DNA from: Thraustochytrium aureum
Taxonomy: Eukaryota
DNA: 35,846 nucleotides
Direction of reading: 5' to 3'
NCBI GenBank assembly: GCA_012862495.1
Contig: BLSG01000242.1
Location: 48,562 to 84,407 of the forward strand
This document shows positions 29,601 to 35,846 of the stretch, in pieces (positions within the stretch are counted from its first letter, which is position 1; each line of letters starts with the position of its first letter). Under the pieces are notes generated by a model. It was not told where the DNA came from and ran no database searches. It saw only the letters and a list, made by a program, of their open reading frames with translations. Both the position numbers and the translations under genes were made by a program.

Positions 29601-32600
29601 GATTTGCTGCGTGATGCTTACGCAGCGCAACATGTTGCGCGCATACGAGGACCGCGAGGTGCTTGTTGTCCAGGTCCTTGGCGCAGAGGACCTGCACGCC
29701 GCCGACACGCTCACTCGCTCCTCGGACCCGTTTGTGGTCGTCAAGTGCGGCAAGGAGCGCGCAGAGACGCCCGTAATCAGCAAGACGCTCTATCCTATTT
29801 GGCCCAACAAAGCGACCTTCCGGTTCGGGGAGAAGGAGAGCCTGAGTGCCAAGCAAGATCGCAAGGTGGTGTTCAAGGTCAAGGACCACGACTGGGACGG
29901 GCGCCACGATGTCTTGGGCTACGCCACCGTCGACCTCGACGAGGCCATCTCATGGTTCCGCAACGAGAACTCGCTTGCTGACAGCGACGTTGTGGTGCGC
30001 AAGACGCTCATCCTGGAGTCCGGCCCTGGGGCCAAGGCCAAGCACGTGAAGGGAGTTATCAAAGTTGCGTTCTCCTACCAGCGCCACGCGCCGTCGACAG
30101 GGGTGCCCGAGGTGCACGCTCAGCACGTGTTCTCGTTCTACCCGCCCTTCATACTCCAAAACGCGCTTCCGCACGACCTCGAAGTTCGAATCTTGGAGCG
30201 CGACGCAGCAGGTACTGAGATGAATCAGCACCACTTTATGGTAGGCAGGGGTTGTTCTGTGCCGATCTACGGCATCGACGGCGCTCTACTCGACTTTTTG
30301 AACCACGGTCGTGTCCGCTTGGGATTCCAGGGTGGGAGCGTGATACGGGGTCGAGCTGTGCTTCAGGTGCGCTACGCGCGCGTTGTCCCGCGGGGCGGGG
30401 CCGTGGCTGACGCCGAGCGACCGTCCGAGTGGACTGAGCCTTTCATGGAGCCAAACCAGCCTGTTGCTGTGATGGACGGCGAGCGCTCGATCGGCTCGCT
30501 GAGTGCTGAGGTGCTGCGCGACGCAAGGAGGGACGGGGGAGCTCGCCGATGCGTTGTGTACGCGCCGCTCTGGATCGTAAACAAGAGTGACCTCGAGCTG
30601 GACTATTACATATTCAAAGCGAAAGGGAAATCGGGCAAGGAGTCGAAAGCGTCAGCCGCGCCGCGCTACTGGCTCGAGGGCCACATGCCTGGTGGCTCGG
30701 AAAACATCCTGTGCACGCACATCGCAAGCGAAGGAGGCCGCATGCACGCCCGAGCTCGCCCCGTCGGCTTTGCGACACAGGACAGATTTGAGTCCAACGT
30801 TCGCGAGCCGCTGCTCTCCGATTTGGACGACCTCCAGGCGGGCCTGCCAGTGTTTGCCACTCTCACAAGCGCAACGTACAAACTCGCCGCCCCGCCGCTT
30901 GAGGGCCAGCCGGGCCTGAGCACCGCGAGACAGCTCGCGCCTGCGCCTCTCTGCCTAGTCGTGCAGGCAGATGCTATTCGTGGGCTTGATGCTTGCACGA
31001 GCGTCGGCTCGCGCGATGCCTTCGCAATTGCGGTTTCGCTCACCACTGGTGGCGAGCAGCGTGTTGTTACCAAGGCAGTTGTTTCTTCTGCCGGCGAAGT
31101 GTGCTGGCCGTCCACAACCGGTGTTGTGCGCCTCAAACTGCCACTCGATACCGCAGGGGGGGCCGTGGGTCCGGTGCTCTTTGATGGCGTCCGCGTCGCC
31201 GGCACGGCGCTCCTTTGCGAGTTGATTCGGATCTCGCCCCGCCCTGGCGCCGAGGGAGGCGCAACGGTTGCGCGCGGGACAGATAGCAACATCATTGGCC
31301 AAGCTGACTACATCGACGGGGCGCAGGCTGACCTCGATGTTCTCGGAAGCGCTGAAGTGAGCTTGCCTCCCATCGACGGCGCCTTTCGTCACGAGCAATT
31401 GCGATTCGACGGGACCAGCGCGACCGGGTCGATTTCTGTGGCCATTTTCGGCGTTCCTGTGACGGAGCAACTTGAGCTCAATGCTGCAGTGGAGAGGTAC
31501 GCTTGCCGCATAGCAATGAGCGCCCAGCCCGCACCTGGCGAGCTTGGCTCGCGCACCCAAGTCCTGACGGTCCAGCCGCGGTACATGCTCGCAAACTTGT
31601 GCGAGGCGCCGCTGCTCATCAAGCAGGACGGCGCGCCCGACAAATGCGCCAAGCTCATGCTCGGCCGCTCTGCAATGGTCGACGACAGCGCAGCAGGCGA
31701 GGTCGACGACGAAAAGGTCCCGTTCCACTTTCGTATCGGCTGGGTCGGCGACAGCAAATTGGAGGCAGCAGAGAGTGAGAAGCTGAAAAGAGGCAGGCCC
31801 GCCAGCGAAGCGTACAACCCCTCACACGAGCGCGGCACAACCCGGGAGGGCCAGGGCCCGCCGATAGCCAAGCGAGTCCGCGTCAAGCTCGCCCACCCGG
31901 ACGCCGCTTGGTCGGCTCCGTTTGAACTCGACGACGCTGACGACTTTGGGCTGCAGTTGCGCAACCAGCGTGGCGAGCGTGTTGCTCGGGTGTGGGTCGA
32001 CGCCAACCAGTCCGGGCCTAGCAATTTCACAGTGTTTCGTGTGCTGAGCGCCGTCTCGACGCCCTACGCAGTGCAGAATCTCACACGTGGCCACAGAGTC
32101 GCCATTTGCCAAGTACCGGCCGTGAAAGTGGGGTTTTTGGAAAACCTCAAGGCTGTTGCTGGCATCAAGAAGACGCCGAAGAACTGGAAGTTGGAGGTTG
32201 AGCGCATTGGCGTTTCAGTAGACCTGCTAGAGCCCGGCCAGGAGCTCCCGTTGGCGCTCGACCTCCCTCCAGCTGAGAAGCTCCGCGTGCATGTCTTGCT
32301 GGCCCCTGTGGACGCGTTCGGCGCGGTCGAGTTTTCCCGCGCGGTGCGCATGCGGTTCAAGCCCGAGCTGGAAAGCAAGCTGCAGGTATCCGAGACAGAT
32401 TCGTTGCGGCTCGGGGTGGTGCCCGAGGGCACCAGGCTAATCATGCGCATCTTCGACAAGAAGAGGCCGGCCGCTGGCAGTCGAGCAGTGTGGTCTTCTC
32501 AGCAGGGGGACTCGCCGAGGTCTGCCGCTGACGAAAAGGAGGACGTCGGGTGGAAGCACCGGTCACAAAAGCTTGTCCATACTCGGCGGCGGCGCGCCGA

Positions 32601-34013
32601 AGTGGAGCTGGCCTTCAGAAATCGCAAGCTGTATCGGGAGCTCGAGCCGCGCACGCCCCAATACGAGGTGCTCGTGCACCTTAGTAGCGTGTGCGTCTCG
32701 TTGTTCTCGAGCAGTCGGCAGCTGGAGATCGCGTACATAACGTATCGGCGCGTTCACATAGAGTACGCCGCGGAAATGATAAACCGCGGCGGCTCTGTGC
32801 TGCAGCGCTCGTCCTGCGAGGTGAGTGTGGCGCTCTTCCAAGTCGACTCTTCGCAGGTGAATGCGAAATACCCAGTAGTGGCAACGTCGCAGCCAGCTGC
32901 GCTCAAAGAGGCTGCATACCACGCCTCCCGGTCCCGTGTCGTCGGCGGGGGCGGGGCTGTTCGTGTGCCGGTTCTGAGCAGCGTGTCGGAGGGGGCTAAG
33001 CGGCAAACGAAGCTCCTCTGGGACAGGTTTCGGCGCGAGCGCGAGCAAAGTAGTTTTTTGCGCATGCAGCTCATTTACGACGCAGACCCATCTGGGACGG
33101 CCTCGTTCGACGTCTACCGCTACTGTCACGTGCGGATGCGGCCCTTAGAGATCAAGGTCGATGGCGTCTTTGTGGCTGGGATCCTGACCATCATCAACCC
33201 GCTCTTGGAGTCCTCGGTCGAGGCGGGCGAGATTGAGGGGGAAGGGCAGTCCTAGGCATGACGCCAGCACCGCTTACAGGCAACCCCGTCATGGCTGACG
33301 CTGTTGACAACTGCCTGGTGCTCCCGGTTGCTGTACCGCCTCAGGACACGGTCTACTTCGACTCGGTTCTAATAGAACCGACTGCGATTGTGATCACGGT
33401 CAACATTGGCTCGGACAGGGAGCTGAGGGACTTACTGCGTCAGTACGGGATCAACAGGTTTTATCTTTCGTTGATTAAGCGTGTTTCGCGGCTCGAGGAT
33501 TGGAGCCTGGACCTGCGCGAAGGCTACTACAGCTCACTCACGGCGCACAAATTCACCACCCGCTACACTTGGCGCGTCACACGCGACGTGCTCTCGCAGC
33601 TCCACGAGGTCGTGTTCAACTTTACAAAGCGTTTTGCCAAGGCGCTCCACCTGGCTCGCTCGAGGAAGGGCCCGGATCGAATCAGGGAGCCGCTCGTAGT
33701 GTCCGGCGGCGTGCTGCAGGTGTACGGCCCTGGGCGCCGACCCAATGTCATGGAAGACGAGCGGGAACGGCTAGCGGCCCGTGTGCTGGAGCGCTTTTTC
33801 TGGTCGGTCTTGGAGACGAAAAGGAACCGCGGCAACGGGGCTCAGGACGCGGAAGGCTCTCGCAAAAGGCGCCCGAAGAGTTGGGGCCTCTCCGGCGGCG
33901 CGATGTCTTCTGCGGGCGCCTCGTCGCGCTCCAATCTTGCGGGGCAAGGAGCGACTGGCACGTTGTGCTGCATCGGATGTGCTGGGGATGCCAAACCGCC
34001 ACCGTCGCAGTAG
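20669..34013 (+). CDS. VPS13: VPS13-family bridge-like lipid transfer protein with EF-hand and C2 insertions (~4,450 aa); three ORFs joined across 1-bp deficits at A6 26817-26822 and G5 33237-33241
   Basis: Chorein-N start MLEGVVSRLVTRYLAEYFE...G.I.V.DLVLK and RIVDNIEFQLLNVNVSY; FNPLSRAWEPLVEPW; VAB/SHR-BD-type VYAPLWIVNKSDL, TQVLTVQPRYMLANL, WSAPF, PYAVQNLT; APT1-type VCVSLF..EIAYIT...FQVDS...YPVV; RIREP...GGVLQVY. Confidence 0.85.
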
Positions 34014-34076
34014 CTCTCTTGCTCTGGAGTCGTGTCGGCCAATGGCCCGCTCCACCTCGAGCCTCGGCTCAACCCT

Positions 34077-34412
34077 CTAGAGCGCTGTGCGAAGCGAGCT
34101 GCCGCCGCGACCGGCCTCCTTCAGCAGTTGTTTTATGGCTCGAATAAGTTCTATCGCTGCGGCTTGCCACGCGATTCGCACAAGAAGCACCAGGAACCTT
34201 TCACGCTCGTCTTCCACTTCGGCCAGAGTGGCGTTGGGCCCGTGCGCTCCGCTTTGCATCCAAGCCTCGGCAGAGCTTTGGGTCTCGCTTGTTCTGAGCC
34301 GCAGGCGTTGCCTGCGGATGCGTAGTTCGTTCACCTTCCGACGGGCTCGGCGCGGTTTGTCGTGGCGCGTTGGCTTCCGGCCTCCGTGGCCCCCCACAGG
34401 CCTCGCGCCCAT
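34077..34412 (-). CDS. Possible small basic hypothetical protein (111 aa)
   Basis: ATG ORF filling the gap between VPS13 and UTP14, helical-looking C-half (EVEDERERFLVLLVRIAWQAAAIELIRAIKQLL), preceded by an A/C-rich upstream tract. No recognisable family. Confidence 0.3.
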   Translation of the reverse strand: MGARPVGGHGGRKPTRHDKPRRARRKVNELRIRRQRLRLRTSETQSSAEAWMQSGAHGPNATLAEVEDERERFLVLLVRIAWQAAAIELIRAIKQLLKEAGRGGSSLRTAL

Positions 34413-34925
34413 GCTTGACTACCTTTAGCTAGTACACGATTGACGCTTGCCGATGATAGCGATCCGTCGCGTTTTGGGTTTTGGTTTTGGCGCTTTTCGG
34501 GGGGCGGGTTTGTTGGCACAGTTTTGGTTTGTTTTCCGAGTTTGTCGTTGGTTGGCACCGCAGACGACCACGAGCCTCGGGCCGCCACAAGGAGAAGCAA
34601 AGGATCGGCGCAGTCTGCTTTGCAACGGGCTCGCTTCTGTCTCGCGGTCGCGACGGGAACTGAAGCATTAGCTCGGATGCGGCCGTGTGTTCCCTCCCGA
34701 TGGCGTCTCCCGATCGCCAAAACGAACCGTTCATGCGCCTGACTGTGAATGCGCAGAACGCGAAAAAGGGAGGCGCGACGAGACAAGAGAGGGAGCGCGG
34801 CGCACGAGGGCAGACCGATAGGGAAAATACGACAATTCACATCTTGCGGGAAAGGCTGCTCGGAGACCAACCACCTCACGCAACCGCGCATCGGGCGAAG
34901 GTGAGGTCGCGGTCACCACAAATTC

Positions 34926-35846
34926 TCACTCGAGGTCCTCGTCTCCCTTGTCGCGAGGGCGCTCCAAGGGCTGAATAATGGCACCAGCCTTTGTCACAAC
35001 AGACGGCTTGACAGCCTTGGTAAAGGTGCTCTGCGTGTTCCAATCGCTCCCGATCGGGTTGCGCAGCGAACGCTCATACTCTGCCCGCGAGGTGAACGGG
35101 TACGGCACCTTGGCAACGAGGTACTTTTCAGAGCTCTTGACGCGCTTATCGGAGAGGATGACGTGCTTCGGTCCCGGGGTCGCCCGCGCGCGTTTGGCAG
35201 CCTTGCCCTTCTCCGCGTCAGGGGGAGGCGCAGCCTTTTTCGGCTTGGTCGGAGCCGGTTTCCCGTCCTTGTCGGCGCCAGCCCACGAGCCCCACCCTGG
35301 GAGAGAAAACATCTTTTTCTCCTTGGACACTGCGGCCTCCTCTTTGGTTTCCTCCTCGTCGGCCTTTTCTTGCTCAAAGTCGCGCTGCAAGGCGCCCGTA
35401 CCGGCAAAGGCGCGTCGGATCAGCGCCGCCTGCTCCTTGCGCTTACGGCGCTCAGCGGTGTCTGTCGGCTTGATCGTGGTCTTGCCCCCCGCACCGCGGC
35501 CGCCCTCCTCGAGAACAGAGCTAACCACGTTCACTTGCACCTTGGCATTGAGGTCGTTGTTGTCGCCATGAGCAGGGTTCTCGCGGCGGCTCTTGTGCTT
35601 CTTGGCGGCCGGCTGGTTGGCGTCTGCAAGCCAGGGATTGTCAGCCCCCGTGCTGGGCGGCGCATAGGCTTGCGCGCGAGCATTGCTGGCTTTCACCTCC
35701 TTGGCGTCCTTCTTCGTCGCGGCCTTGGGCGAGGCCAACGCTTGGCTGGCGGGCAAGCCGCGAGGCTCGCTCGCGGCCGGAGCACGCTCTGCAGCGGGCT
35801 TGCTGGCTTGCGCGGGAGCCTGCTCCGCGGCCTCCGCAACATCGAA
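34926..35846 (-). CDS. UTP14: U3 snoRNA-associated protein 14, SSU processome (partial, 5' end outside window)
   Basis: NPWL, LIRRAFAG, SLPGWGSWAG, HVILSDK...KY.V..VPYPFTSRAEYERSLRNPIGSDWNT...KPSVVTKAGAIIQPL. The frame is open to the window edge. Confidence 0.93.
   Translation of the reverse strand, partial: FDVAEAAEQAPAQASKPAAERAPAASEPRGLPASQALASPKAATKKDAKEVKASNARAQAYAPPSTGADNPWLADANQPAAKKHKSRRENPAHGDNNDLNAKVQVNVVSSVLEEGGRGAGGKTTIKPTDTAERRKRKEQAALIRRAFAGTGALQRDFEQEKADEEETKEEAAVSKEKKMFSLPGWGSWAGADKDGKPAPTKPKKAAPPPDAEKGKAAKRARATPGPKHVILSDKRVKSSEKYLVAKVPYPFTSRAEYERSLRNPIGSDWNTQSTFTKAVKPSVVTKAGAIIQPLERPRDKGDEDLE

Noticed and set aside
2065..34013. Functional membrane-trafficking gene cluster (AP5Z1, TRAPPC12, VPS13, ALG2)
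   Set aside because: They are interspersed with unrelated housekeeping genes, and there is no evidence of co-regulation without synteny data.

Overview
Gene-dense, GC-rich, intron-poor eukaryotic (protist) draft scaffold with four N gaps. The style suggests a stramenopile such as a thraustochytrid, but that is inference only. Genes in order: 3' end of an unknown gene (+), ALG2 (-), AP-5 zeta/AP5Z1 (+), serine/threonine dehydratase (-), small PH/FERM-C-like protein (-), a ~1,500-aa CAMK-type kinase with a presequence-like N-terminus, TM helix, EF-hand-like region and four cNMP-binding domains (+, one intron), a type II membrane FkbM/METTL24-like methyltransferase (-), TRAPPC12 (-), proteasome beta5 (+), a cyclophilin-SYF2 fusion (-), a ~4,450-aa VPS13-family protein with inserted EF-hands and C2 domains (+), a possible small ORF (-), and the 3' part of UTP14 (-). 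Six 1-bp frame breaks, mostly in homopolymer runs and of mixed sign, split real genes and are most likely sequencing errors. Best leads: the Ca2+/cNMP multi-sensor kinase, the Ca2+-sensor-laden VPS13 with a shortened C-terminus, the cyclophilin-SYF2 fusion, and an array of AATCGATT palindromes in a divergent promoter. All family assignments come from motif recognition by eye, not from database searches.
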